From Prorocentrum cordatum (Eukaryota): 64,000 nucleotides of DNA. The DNA is taken from positions 1 through 64,000 of the forward strand of contig CAUYUJ010000112.1 in the NCBI GenBank assembly GCA_963575745.1, written 5' to 3'. Positions 14,448 to 25,984 of this stretch are shown in pieces (position 1 is the first letter of the stretch; the number at the start of each line of letters is the position of its first letter). A program made the position numbers and the translations under genes. The notes beneath the pieces were generated by a model. It searched no databases, was not told the origin of the DNA, and saw only the letters and a program-made list of their open reading frames with translations.

Positions 14448-15147
14448 GCTAACATGCCACATGGTGCACCACATGTCACACATCTCGCACCCCGTACTCT
14501 GCACGTTATAGGCAGCACAGTGTGGATGGTGCCACCCGTCTCGCACCACATATGTTCTCCTAGAGAAGGAAAGACGCACCGCTCTCCCGAGCCTGGACTT
14601 AACCGTCCCTCCTGGGATATTGCAAGTTACTTACTGCTTCTGCCTCATCGCCCGTTTACCGTTTTCCACATGCCATCCCAGCCAGGCCAGTCAGGCCAGT
14701 ATGGACACCCCCATCACCCCTGTCAAATAATACCACGTGACCGCGCGTTCGCTTATCTCAGGATGTATTTTCAATAGCCCCTTGCCATACATACAACAAA
14801 GTCCACACGTCTGCAGAAGTCGAGATCATATTTTTTTGTGCAATCGTTTCAAGCTAACATCCTTACACACGAGTTTTTTTTGAATGGGAGCGTGTCCGCG
14901 CGTACTTGCTGAAGTTCTCAACTCACCACGCGGTGCATCCGCGTTGATCTAGCATGCACCCAGTGCGCGACACCGTATCACAGAGTATCGCACTGGCAGC
15001 CTGCGCTCGCCGCTACGGGCGCGTGTCGAAATCCTTCTCAAACCATTGGTCTTCTAAGCATTTCAAGATAGAGCTCGTCAAGAACATATGAAACACCTGG
15101 TGTTCTTCAACCGAGTCTTGAACATTTTCTTTTCTGCGCGCGCGCCG

Positions 15148-15865
15148 GCCTCTTGGGGCATCATGGGGCCTCTTGGGGCCTCTTGGGCCGTCTTCGGGGC
15201 CCTTGGCCTGTCTGACGCCTCTTTCCTGGCCCTTGGCATGTCTTAGGGGCCCTTGGCCGTATTATGGGCCATGGGCCTTCGGCGGCCGTTTTGGGGGCCT
15301 CTTTGGGCCATCTCGGTGCCCTCTTGGAGCTCGTTGGGGCAGTCTTGTGGCCTTCTCGGGAGGCTCTTGGGCGATCTGGGGTCCTCTTGGGCCGACTCGG
15401 GGCCCTCTTTGAGGGCCTCGTGGGCTGTCTCGGAGCTATCTTGGAAGCCTCTTGGGCCGTCGTGGGCGGTCGGATAACGAAACAGGCGAGAATTCAAAAT
15501 CACTTAAACTAATAGGGGGATCGCTGTTTTTCGCCTCCTCGGACTCCTGGAGGTCCTCTTGGAGCCCTCTTGGGCCGTCTTGGGGGCCCCTTGGGCTCTC
15601 TTGAGGTCGTTTTGGGAGCCTCTTGAGCCGTCTTGGGCCATCTTGGGCCGTCCCGGTGTCGTCTTGGCTCTCTTGGAAGCCTTCTTGGAGACCGTCTTGG
15701 CCGTCTGGAGGCCGACCAGACAACTGGAGATCAAATTCAGGGCGGGGAGGGGCGCGAGCGGAACAGGAGGTGGGGCGGCCCTAGAACTTACAACGACTAA
15801 ACCTACTTCCCAAGCAACAGGCGAGCATTGTAACACGCCCACTCCGTGCAGGCACGGTTGCGGAT
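15148..15865 (+). repeat. Degenerate (TCTTGGGGCC)-type minisatellite element ending in a CCGTGC-AG-GCACGG hairpin
   Basis: Recurring CTCTTGGGCC/CTTGGAG units; related arrays at 36740-36865 and 57880-58950; hairpin at 15844-15857. Confidence 0.7.
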
Positions 15866-16289
15866 TTGTTGCACGATGTCTTGTTCTGCGGGTATCGCGT
15901 CCACCCTTCATCCCTGCCCAATAATACGATGTTGGTCACATGTGCACGCCCCCGCGCGCGGATGCCAAATTCACGGAACAACCATTGTAATTGAAACAAT
16001 GTTCAGGAACATCGCCCCAACTACGGACAGCATCTATTTATAGGTTTTCCAGCAAATCTTGGTAGGATTTCTGCGCGCGCGCACTCGCTGACATCACCAC
16101 ACGGCCATGGGTTGCCCAGACATTCTGTCGAATGAGGGCATGCGCGCCGCACGCTCGCGCATGTCGAACACGTGCAACAAGTATCGCGCGTCTGCCAACT
16201 CAGCCGCACGCGCGCCTCTCCGCGCGGGCACGTCGACATCCGCGCAAAACCTTCAGGCGTTTCAACAACCTGAACACAGCTGTGTCCAA

Positions 16290-16368
16290 CCACACGCACA
16301 CGCACGCACGCACACACGCGCACACACTCACATGCACGCACACACACACACACACACACACGCGCGCA

Positions 16369-16400
<32 letters not shown>

Positions 16401-16472
16401 CGCACACACACACACGCACACACACACACTCACACGCACACACACACAAACACGCATGCACGAAGGCACGCA

Positions 16473-16504
<32 letters not shown>

Positions 16505-17343
16505 CACGCGCACACACGCACACACTTACACGCACACGCACGCACACGCACGCACGCACACATACACACACATACGCAAGCACACGCGCACACACACACA
16601 CACACGCACACACACACGCACACGCAACCACACACGCACTCACGCACGCACGCACACACGCACACTCATACACACACGCACGCACGCACTCACGCACACA
16701 CACACACACACGCACGCACACGCACACACACATACACGCACTCACGCGCACACACACACAACCACACAAACACAAACAGACACAAACACACAAACACACA
16801 AACACACAAACACACAAACATACAAACACACAAACACACAAACACACAAACACACAAACACACAAACGCACAAACCCACACACACAAACACACAAACGCA
16901 CACACAAACACACAAACACACAAACCCACCCACACAAACACACAGACGCACACACACAAACACACAAACCAAACACACAAACACACAAACACACAAACAC
17001 ACAACCACACAAACACACAAACACACAAACACACAAACACACAAACACACAACCACACAAACCCACAAACACACAAACACACAAACACACAAACACACAA
17101 ACACACAAACACACACACACAAACACACAAACACACACAAACACACAAACACACAAACCCACAAACACACACACCCACAAACACACAAACACACAAACAC
17201 ACAAACATACAAACACACAAACGTACAGACGCGCGCGCACACATGCACGCACGCATGCACGCTCACACGCAGATACACGCGCACACGCACACACACACAC
17301 GCACACACACGCGCACACGCACGCGCACACACACACATGCACG

Positions 17344-17374
<31 letters not shown>

Positions 17375-18022
17375 GAACACGCACACATACGCACACATGC
17401 ACGCATGCACGTACGCACGCACGCACGCATGCACGCACGCACGCACACACACACACACATTCGTACGCACGCACGCACAATCACGCATACATATACACAC
17501 AGGCACACACAGACACACCCAGACACACTCAGACACACACCGACAACACACACAGACATACACAGGCACACACAGACACACACAGGCACACACAGACACA
17601 CACAGACATACAGAGACACACGCACAGACACACACGGACACACACACACACAGACACACACAGAGACACACACACGCAGACACACACACACACACGCAGA
17701 CACACAGACACACGCACACGCACACACACACGCACATGCGCACACTGACACACGCACGTACACACGCGCACGCATGCACGCACGCACGCATGCATCCACA
17801 TACACAGACACACACACACACGCACATACACAAACGCACACACACACTCACACACTCACATACATATATATACACATATGTACACACTACACTACACTAC
17901 ACTGCGCTATACTACACTACACCACGCTACACTACACCATACTACACGACACTACACTACACTACGCTACGTTACACTACACTGCATTACACTTACACGC
18001 ACACTTACACACACACGCACAC
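16290..18022. repeat. 1.7-kb compound CA-rich microsatellite: (CA)n, (CACG)n, (CACACAAA)n, (CAGACA)n, (CACTA)n
   Basis: Directly visible; accounts for the HT/CV-rich pseudo-ORFs. Confidence 0.97.
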
Positions 18023-18656
18023 GAACCCCACAGGCTTTCAGCACGCACTCGCCAGGAATTCGGAATTTATGCGGGCGAGCACTCCCTCATCTTCATCATC
18101 ACAATCGTTGCCATCAACATCAGCGTCATCATCACCATCGCCATCATCACCACAGCCGCCGTCATCATCGTCATCGTCGGTGCCCTCACTCGTTTCAGTT
18201 TTGATCGCGCGCACCTCCTCATCATCCTCACCAGCACCATTGTCATCATCATCGCCAGCGTCATCGTTGCCACTGTCATTGTCATGACCATTCGCTTCAT
18301 CGCCATCACAATCATCGTCGTCGATATCGTCCTATCATCGTCATGTACGCATCATGATTGACATCATCATCGTCGTTGGCGCAGCTCAGTTGAGTTTGCT
18401 CTTAAATTGTGATTGGTTGGGCGGGTGGGATGCTTGCACGAACAATGCATGTTGTCACGAGTGGATGCGATTATAATCAATAGCACCCCGCATATTGCAC
18501 CACATGATTTGGTTGGGCCGCATGGATTGCATCCGATAGTTCATATCCCCACACAAAGCGCACATCGAGGCTGCATCAAGCCCACTGTTTGGGGGCCAAG
18601 GTGGAATTTATATATTTGGTCTTCGGGAGGAGGTGACTCGCATTCAGCAGCATGAC

Positions 18657-19385
18657 ATGGCCACCCTCCCTGTGGGCGTGGAGGTCGTCGACGCTTGGTA
18701 TGGCTCCCCGACAGACGCCAGCAGGCGAGTGAACGTCACCGGCATGGTACGGAAGCAGTACCGAAGCGGCAACCTGACCGTCTACGCTTTGAACGAGCTG
18801 TACGGCAACGTGGACCCCTGGAAAACGAAGGTGCTGGAGGTTCGTTTCGCGCATTTGCCCAAGGTCAGAGCTCCAGCGCCCAGGGAGAGCCCTCGCGGGG
18901 TCACCGTGCTGGCGCAGATAGGCGACCCGAGGTACTGGGAAGACTTGCGGTCGTGCATGGTGAACGTGTCGCAGGCGGTGCAGGGTGCCGGGGAGGGCTT
19001 TCAGATCTTCCTTGCTTTCCCCGACGATGTCCCAGGTGGCCACATGGAGAGCATCCTCGGGGATGCCCGCGCCCAGTTCGGGAAGCAGTCTGTCCGGAGC
19101 CTCGTGGGAGAAGACCGGGGGGCAGACGTCGGGCTGTATCTCAGGCAGCTGCGCGTGCTCGGCGCTGAAGATCCGGCCGATCACTTCGACATCTTCCTCA
19201 AGGTGCACAGCGAAAGCGACCGCCTCCATAGGCGGGCGCGGCTCGGCGACCTCTGCGGGAGTGCCGCCAAGGTGCGCGAGATCCGCAGGGCCATGCGGGA
19301 CGCCGACGACCTGGGAATGGTCGGGCCCGCGAACGAGGTCCTGCAGTACCCGCGCCGGACCAAGGACTTCGCAGCTTGGGGCGAG
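18657..19385 (+). CDS. Exon 1: DUF3395-like N-terminal domain plus the start of a rhamnan synthesis F (RgpF)-like domain
   Basis: VEVVDAWYG...VNVT...NELYGNVDPWKTKVLEVRF fits the A-x-YG...DVT...DP...K-x-L-x-V pattern. EDRGADVGLYL, FDIFLKVHSES, DLCGS and DLGMVGP match the RgpF motifs NRGxD, YDxxLKxHxK, LLGS and LGMVGP. The start codon is uncertain and upstream exons are possible. Confidence 0.75.
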
Positions 19386-19564
19386 GCTCGGGCGGGGCCA
19401 GGACCAGGATCAAGAGTTCCAGAGCTTCCCGGAACGCTCTCACAGCGTTTCAAAGCGCTTTGGAATGACCGCGCCGCCCGGTACATCCTCCAGAACCGCT
19501 GGGTCTCAGAGATCCCCGACTTGTCCCGGTTCGATGTTATCCCGGTCCTGGCCCAGTCTTGGAG
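19386..19564 (+). mobile_element. Intron 1: GC-AG intron that is a TIR element (introner-like)
   Basis: AG|GCTCGG...GGAG|GC; removing the 179 nt restores the frame. Internal TIR GGGCCAGGACC(A/G)GGAT at 19395-19410 and 19539-19554. The alternative boundaries 19381-19556 also restore the frame. Confidence 0.75.
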
Positions 19565-19708
19565 GCGGACATAAAGGGCATGCTCAGGGCCTGGAGGACG
19601 ATGCAGCCCTGCGTGCCCTTCGACGTCCCGCTGCACAGGGCGCGCGTCGTGGCCGGATCCTCCTTCTGGTCCCGCCAGGACGCGGTGCTGCACCAGATCA
19701 TCCTGCAG
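19565..19708 (+). CDS. Exon 2 of the RgpF-like gene
   Basis: ADIKGMLRAW...RVVAGSSFWSR...IILQ matches the RgpF F-x-AG-x-x-FW-x-R motif. Ends at CAG|GCTCGG, the same donor sequence as intron 1. Confidence 0.75.
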
Positions 19709-20193
19709 GCTCGGCGGCACGCACGAGCCTCGGATCCTGGCGTCGCAGGTTTCGTCACACGTCGCAGCGGGCGATCTTGCCCTGTTTCGGGCTTCGGGGC
19801 CCTCGCGGATCGACGCAGCTCGAAACATGCAGCAGGAAGATGGGGTCCGGGGCTCCAGTCATGATGGTTCCAAGCGTCGGATCTCTGGGAGGGGGATGGC
19901 GCGAGGGGGGTGGCCCTCTAAGAAGCAGCGTGGCTTCTTAGAAAGCAGGGGCCATCTCAGAAGGCCCCTCTTCGAAGCTTCCAGGGGCTTCTGAGAAGCC
20001 CCCGGTCTTCTTAGCAGCCCCCCCCCCGAACGAACGAAGAAGCCGTGCCATGACGGCACATCGGCTGCAGTTCATATGGTGTGCGAAACAGAAAAGCAGC
20101 ATCATAGCGACTCGCCTGCTTAGCTTACGCGGGAGGGGGGGGGAGAAGAGAGGGGGGAGGACCGGAGCGGGGCAACAGTAAGCGGGCAAGCCC

Positions 20194-23135
20194 CTATGAA
20201 AGAGAACGGCAATGCTGCCGCACAGTGGCCCTCCAGTTCTGGAAAGAGCCGCTACCATTCGACAGCGTTGCTGCTAGCCGGTCCTCGTCCTGCTGCGCGA
20301 CGCTCAGTGCATGCGCCCTGACTCTCTGGCCCCACGACACCCTTGGGCGCCCTCGTTTTCGAGCGCCCCCTGGGCGTGCCAACATCGTGGATGAAGGTCG
20401 AAATACGGAGCGTCGTGCGATAGATGCGTCGGGCATCATGGCCACCCGCCCAAACAAACACATCTGTTTGGCGACTAGCTGGTCTGCCAGCGGGCTCGAC
20501 GACGCTGTCTTCAGAACTTCCTGGTTGGACACCCGGGATATCATCGGATGCGGATGCCCCATATCTTCCGCAGGCATTGCACATGGAACGAATTGATGCG
20601 AGAAAACTCTGCCTTATTCAATCGCTCCGTCTCCAAACTGTAGAGCAATTTGGCGACGACACACGCTTCGTATATGCGTTGCTTCCTTGCCCGACTCAAC
20701 GAAGAATGGCTCTATACCTTCGTCAGAAGCGAAAAGGAGTTGCGCGCCTCGCCCACCCTGCGTGCCACGGCGCACCTGGCACTGCCGCTGGTGGTGAGCA
20801 GACCGCCCAGATAGATGTGCTGCTCTGTCTTTGGGATGGGCTGGCCGTTCGGATCGTAAATGGGTGGCGGATCTCCAACTTGCAGCACCACGGTCTTGTC
20901 CCAATTAGGCAATAATCCATACGGGGCGGCCCGCGAGAGCAGGCTGTCGAGGGCGTGCTGCAAACAAGCGGACGACTTGCAAATCAATGCTGTATCGTCC
21001 GCGTACTCGACGTCATCTGTCCGGCTGCCTGCGTGCTCCCAATTCACGTCCTCCATGATGACAGACAAAACGATGATAAACAGGTGTGGCGAGAGCGGAC
21101 AGCCCTGGGCAATGCCAGCGGACTGCTCTCTGGCACCAGATTCCTTGCCAGAGTCGCGCACGGTGAAGGTTTTGTTCTGGTAGATGGATGCGACCATGTC
21201 CACGTATTCCTCAGGTAAGCCAAACCTGCGCAGCGCCACTTGCATGGCGCCGGGGTCGATGCGATCGAAAGCCTTGGACCAATCTAGGAGCAACACTGTC
21301 AGTTCTCCATGCTTGAGATCCTGGGCGGCGTCCAGCATCCGCTGCACGGTGAGAATGGCCAAGTGGGCGCCGCGACCACGTCGGAAGCCGAACTGGTTGT
21401 CGCGGAGCCGGCCCTCCACCCCTCCAGATCGCAGTCGCTGCAGGATGAGGCTCGCAAGCACCTTGTATCCAACTGCCAGTAGAGATATTGGACGGTAGTT
21501 TGAAGGCAGCGCAGGGTCACCTTTCTTGAAAAGCGTGGTGACTGAGAAGTGCGACCAGTCCTGTGGAATTGACTTCGAATGCCAGCACTGGTTGCACAAA
21601 CGCAGCAATATGTCGAGGGCGCCCGCACTCCTGCCAAGCACAGCCCAGAAATCGGGCGGCACGTTGTCAGGCCCACTTGCTCTGCCTCTCCGCAACCTCG
21701 ACAAGACTGATTTGAGCTCCGCTGTCAAGAACTCTCCGCAGGGTATGTCAAGAGTTGCCCCAAGTTTCGGCTCCTCTGGCACGCCGACACCTGCGCCTGG
21801 ACTACGTTGCCACTGCACGTTCTGCAAATATGTCGCCAAAGTGTCTGCCCTCTCGCTGGAATCCACCAGGTCGCCGGCCGAATTGCGAAGTCTGCCTTGT
21901 TGTTGGCGGGCAGACCCCTTCCGAAGGCGCTTGATTGCAGGCCAACCTCCGTCCGCCAAGTCTGCTTCCAACCATGCTGCCCGGTCATTCTTGGCCGCTG
22001 ATTTGATTTGCTTGTTCAGCGAGGCCTCCAGTGCGAACTGCCCCAAAACCCGTGCGTTGTTCCGCAGCTCGATGAGGTCCAGCGTGGCCGTTCGAATCCA
22101 CGGCCGCTTTGCCGTGACTGGGCGAACATGCAAGGCGGCATCTGCAGCAGCCTCCATGTTGGACCGCACTTCCTCCGCCAGTGCATCGACGCAACCATCT
22201 CCAGCGCCGCGCAAGATGTCCTGTCCCAACTCGACAAAACAGTCGCAGAATTTCTTCGCCACTGCAGCCTCCCCGAGACTCCGGGTGTCCCGCGTATCCC
22301 GGGATTCCCTGGGAAGCTTCTTCGGGATGTGCACGCCTAGGTCTGCGATGACAACGAAATGATGCGATTGCAGGGCAATGTCCCGCCTGCTCCGGACTGC
22401 GCGAATAACTCCAAGCCACTTTTCATGCACAAGTAAATGATCAATCTCAGCGAACTTGTTTGCCGTGATTTCGTCCATAGGTCGTGCAGAGATGTCGTAG
22501 TACGTGACTTGTTGGTGCACGGGGCGCTCGTGGAAGGTGTTCGCCACGACCATATTCATAGACCTGCAGGTTTCCACCAGGAGCTCCCGATTGCTCGCAG
22601 CATCTATATTGGCTTCGCGATTGCCGTAAACGTAAGGCCCTAGAACGTCGTGCTCCGCAGCGCCTCGTTTGTGAATCCTGCTGTTGAGATCGCCACACAC
22701 GACAATAGGTCCGTGGACTTTGGTTTTCTGCACAACGTCTTCCAAATCATTGAAGAAATCCTGTCGCTCCTCAGCCGGGCGCCCGTTGTGAGGGGCATAG
22801 CCTGTAATGAAACACATTTGTCCTCTTTCAACTCGGACCCGCAAGCTCGCTAACCTGGGACTGTGTTGCGCGAAGCCCAATACAGCACAACGGACGCGAG
22901 GAGACACCAAGAAACCTACTCCGACATGCTCTCTCTCATTCAGGCTCCCGCCAGATAGAATGACAAAGAAATCGTTGTGCAGAAAATATGCTGAACCAGC
23001 CAAGTGCGTTTCTTGGAGTCCCAGCACATCTATGTTCTCTGCCTTCAGAACCAACTCAATATGTTCCAACTTTGTTTCGTCCATCTGCTTCTCGTCTGAA
23101 AGGCCCTCCACGTTCCATGAGGCAAGCCGTCCCAT
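20194..23135 (-). CDS. LINE ORF2: apurinic-type endonuclease plus reverse transcriptase, with a premature stop at ~20712 and a 1-nt frameshift at ~20555
   Basis: EN motifs SWNVEGL, LQETH, GYAPH, GDLNSR, EIDHLL. RT motifs SGPDNVP, YRPISLL, QFGFRRGR, LDWSKAFD, GIAQGCPLSP, YADD, YLG. C-terminal RKRGRPRVSW. Confidence 0.95.
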
Positions 23136-23277
23136 GCAGATCGGTCTTGGGGTCGTTCTGCTCCGGAATTGCCTTTGGCAGTTCCGTCGTTCTTGAAAAC
23201 GGTCAGGGAAAGCATTCGGTGGCAAGGGTAAGGTTGGTGAAACCTCCAGGGCGGTCGCATGAATACCTACCTCACCA

Positions 23278-24369
23278 TTACAAGTGATGCGCAAAACTCC
23301 CCAGAGTGTGAAACGCCGATGCGCCGTCCGAGTTCCTAGCGCTTCGTAGGAGCTTGTCCTGGCCGGCCTTGAGGATCTTTTCCCAATCCTCGCTCTTCAG
23401 GTAGCCCTCCCACCCGGCCTCGTACTCAACCTTGAGGGCCCCTTCCTCCACGACCGCCGCCAGGACCTTTTCGTCCCCCATGTGCAGGGTGAAGGCCTCC
23501 TCGTCCACCCACATGGAAGACTTCACGAACCCCCACTGTGAAAGCATCCACTTCGCTCCGAAAAGAACCTGGCGTGCAACGCGCGTGCCTAGGGGCTGCT
23601 CTTCTTTGGCCCAAACACGTTTCCCGTCAGCTGTCTCATGTTTCAGGCTCCTGATCGTCGCAACCGCTGTGTCGCGATCTTCTTGTTTAGGGAATTCTGC
23701 GAACAACAGCCCCTTGAACTCCCCTTTCACGAAGTAGTCAGAAGCTGGCGTAACATACCCCTCCCACAATCGATCTTTTATCCACTTGGATGCTGACCAC
23801 TCGTCCCCCATACTTTCCAAACCTCCAAAAACTGCAATCAACTTGGTGTCCTCGGTCCCATTCTTCATGAGGGCGCGCATCTGGGCCTCCAGCTGCACAA
23901 TTTGGTTCTGCAAGTCCTGCTGGAGTTTGCTGTCCTGCGGGTTCCCGCCCTTCCTCCCCCCTGGGCCCACGGACGCCGTGAAGGTCTGAAGATCGTCATT
24001 CACAGCCTGGATCTTGTTCATGAGGTCCTTGTTCTTCTCCTCCATCCCCTCCCACATATTGTCCATGTTCGACTCCACTCTTGCCACGTCGTCCTGGAGC
24101 TCCCGGACGGTGTCCAAGACTGGCCGGATACGTTCATCAAACTTCTTGTCCAAGAGCTCCGCGATAGCACTGAGGGTGACAGGCTGTTGAGCTGCATCCG
24201 GAGGTGTAGAAGGAGTGGTAGCCGCTGGTCTCGTCTCCTCCTCGCCCTCGTCCCCGTCCATGGTGTGCAGCGGGCTGAACAGCCGCTGTCGAACGTCGCG
24301 TTCGCCTCGTAGGGGCGTGCCTGGCTGCCGCGTGTGAGGCCGGCTCCCGGCGCCGGCGCCGTCAGCCAT
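23278..24369 (-). CDS. LINE ORF1 (coiled-coil plus possible RRM-like region), ~363 aa
   Basis: Intact ORF directly upstream of ORF2 and inside the TSD. Heptad-rich segment VRELQDDVARVESNMDNM...LQNQIVQLEAQMRAL; KGLLFAEF resembles RNP1. Confidence 0.8.
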   Translation of the reverse strand: MADGAGAGSRPHTRQPGTPLRGERDVRQRLFSPLHTMDGDEGEEETRPAATTPSTPPDAAQQPVTLSAIAELLDKKFDERIRPVLDTVRELQDDVARVESNMDNMWEGMEEKNKDLMNKIQAVNDDLQTFTASVGPGGRKGGNPQDSKLQQDLQNQIVQLEAQMRALMKNGTEDTKLIAVFGGLESMGDEWSASKWIKDRLWEGYVTPASDYFVKGEFKGLLFAEFPKQEDRDTAVATIRSLKHETADGKRVWAKEEQPLGTRVARQVLFGAKWMLSQWGFVKSSMWVDEEAFTLHMGDEKVLAAVVEEGALKVEYEAGWEGYLKSEDWEKILKAGQDKLLRSARNSDGASAFHTLGSFAHHL

Positions 24370-24457
24370 TGCGCGCGGCTGGGGGCGAGGGAGAGAGAGC
24401 GATAACGGGATCGCGGCGGGAGAGATGGAGCGGACGGAGCGGCCTCTCACTCCAAGG

Positions 24458-24491
24458 CTTGAGCCAACCGCTTGAGCCAATCGCTTGAGCC
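24458..24491 (-). other. Three tandem spliced-leader relics at the LINE 5' end
   Basis: The minus strand reads GGCTCAAG-CGA-TTGGCTCAAG-CGG-TTGGCTCAAG, the 3' half of DinoSL (DCCGTAGCCATTTTGGCTCAAG). Confidence 0.75.
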
Positions 24492-24689
24492 CCCCCCCCG
24501 CCTGATCAAAAGGCCGCCCCCCCTCTCTGCACCCCCCTACGCGCGCCACTGACACCGGCATCACCCGAGCATGCTGCTTATGCTATGTTTGCGTCGCCCC
24601 CCCCCCCCCCCCAGGGAGCGACTCGCGCTCTCTCAGAAGTCTAATCATATGTGCGCAAGCTTGGGCCACGCACAGTGCACCTCTGGTAA

Positions 24690-25050
24690 TATAGGTTGTG
24701 CAGTATGTGTGGTGCAGTCCATGTGGTGCAGTCTGCGTTGTGCACCCTATGTTGTGCAATCTGTGTTTGCAAGTCATTTGGTGCAATCTACGCGGTTCAA
24801 TATATGTTGTGTAGGCTATGTGGTGCAGTCTAAATTGTGCAATCTATGTGAGGCAGTCAATTGTGTGCTCTACGCGGTGCAACTCATGTCGTGCTAATTA
24901 TGTGGTGCAGTACATGTTGTGTACTATATGGCGTTCAAGATATGTTGTGCTATCCATGTGGTACAATAGATGCGGTGCAAATTTGGTTGTGCAAACTATG
25001 TGGTGCATTTCATGTGGTGCAATATATGCGGTGCAATATGTGTTGTGCAG
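24690..25050. repeat. Degenerate (TATGTGGTGCAA)-like minisatellite
   Basis: Recurring TGTGGTGCA/TGTTGTGCA units. Confidence 0.8.
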
Positions 25051-25548
25051 TCTAGGGCGGCGACGAGGCGGCGACGTGGTGGCCACGGTGGCCACATAGC
25101 CGCCAGGTCGAATACACTGCCCAGACGACGGGCGGCGACGGCGGCCTCATAGCCGCCAGACCGAAGAAACGGCCCAGCTCCTTCGAACAGAAGCAAGGAC
25201 TCCTAAAGGCAAGCATTGCTTGGGGAAAGTGCTCGGCGACGGGGCACGCTTCCTCGCCACACCGCTCGGGCAACGATGTGCTGTACAGTGGAGGCCCATG
25301 CCAAGAAACACCCTGCTCGCCTCCAGGGTGCCCTGGGTTTCTTGGGTTTCGGTGGTTTTGCTATGGAGAGCGTGGCGCTCCCACACCAAACATCCGTGGT
25401 CGTCCTGGGGTCTCAGTGTTGGATTTCTTGTGGAAGGTTTCTTGTGGACTGGCCTCCACTGTATAAGATGTCTCTACGATGTGTTCGGTTCGAACGTGTG
25501 CCCCCCGAGGAGGGCGCACAGTTATGTCCTTTCTGCGTCCCAGAACAG

Positions 25549-25661
25549 GCCGTGGACGAGCTGCTGGCGTCCATGCCCTTGGAGTACCAGGTCAGCACGG
25601 CTGGGCAGACGTCGCGCGCACTGGAGCGCCTGATCCCCACGATGGTTGCCGCCGTTCGGGG
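25549..25661 (+). CDS. Exon 3 of the RgpF-like gene
   Basis: Acceptor CAG|GCC is in phase with exon 2. AVDELLASMPLEYQVSTAGQTSRALERLIPTMV matches the terminal RgpF G-x-x-x-HALER motif. Confidence 0.75.
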
Positions 25662-25849
25662 GCTCTCATGGACAACGTTCGGGGGGGAGATGCTCCGATG
25701 CATCAACCCCCAATCGCCTATTCATCGCCGATCGGTGGATCGCCCACCACCGCCCAGGAATGTGCGGCTTCGCAACCGGGGGCCTATCGCCGAGCCATCG
25801 GCGATGTGTCGCCAATTCCAGTTCGACGTTGCCGATCGTTGCCCCTCAG
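25662..25849 (+). mobile_element. Intron 3: GC-AG intron that is a TIR element of a dispersed family (introner-like)
   Basis: GG|GCTC...AG|GCTC junction repeat. TIR CTCATGGACAACGTTCGG / CCGATCGTTGCCCCTCAG (14/18). Paralogs at 12089 and 47760. Removal gives VRG-LRVLG in frame. Confidence 0.7.
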
Positions 25850-25984
25850 GCTCAGGGTCCTCGGGTCCGACGAGCTGCCGGAGCTGCGGGGGGAGCAAGC
25901 CCGGAGCGCCGATGCCGAAGGGCTGGACGACTTCGAGGAGCTCCGCCGCAAACGGGTCCCTGAGCCCTCTCGGGTCCACTCCGG

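Larger units (their letters stand above)
20029..24487 (-). mobile_element. Full-length non-LTR retrotransposon (LINE, APE-RT, RTE-like C-terminus)
   Basis: Two ORFs, a (TTCG)n 3' tail, and an identical 13-bp flank AGCCCCCCCCCCG at 20016-20028 and 24488-24500 (TSD). Confidence 0.93.
19890..24538. mobile_element. MITE split by the LINE insertion (arms 19890-20028 and 24488-24538)
   Basis: AGGGGGATGGCGCGAGGGGGGTGGCCCTCT is an inverted match to AAAAGGCCGCCCCCCCTCTCTGCACCCCCCT. Confidence 0.55.

Noticed and set aside
16021..18361. Long His/Thr- or Cys/Val-rich ORFs
   Set aside because: They are translations of (CA)n-type microsatellites.
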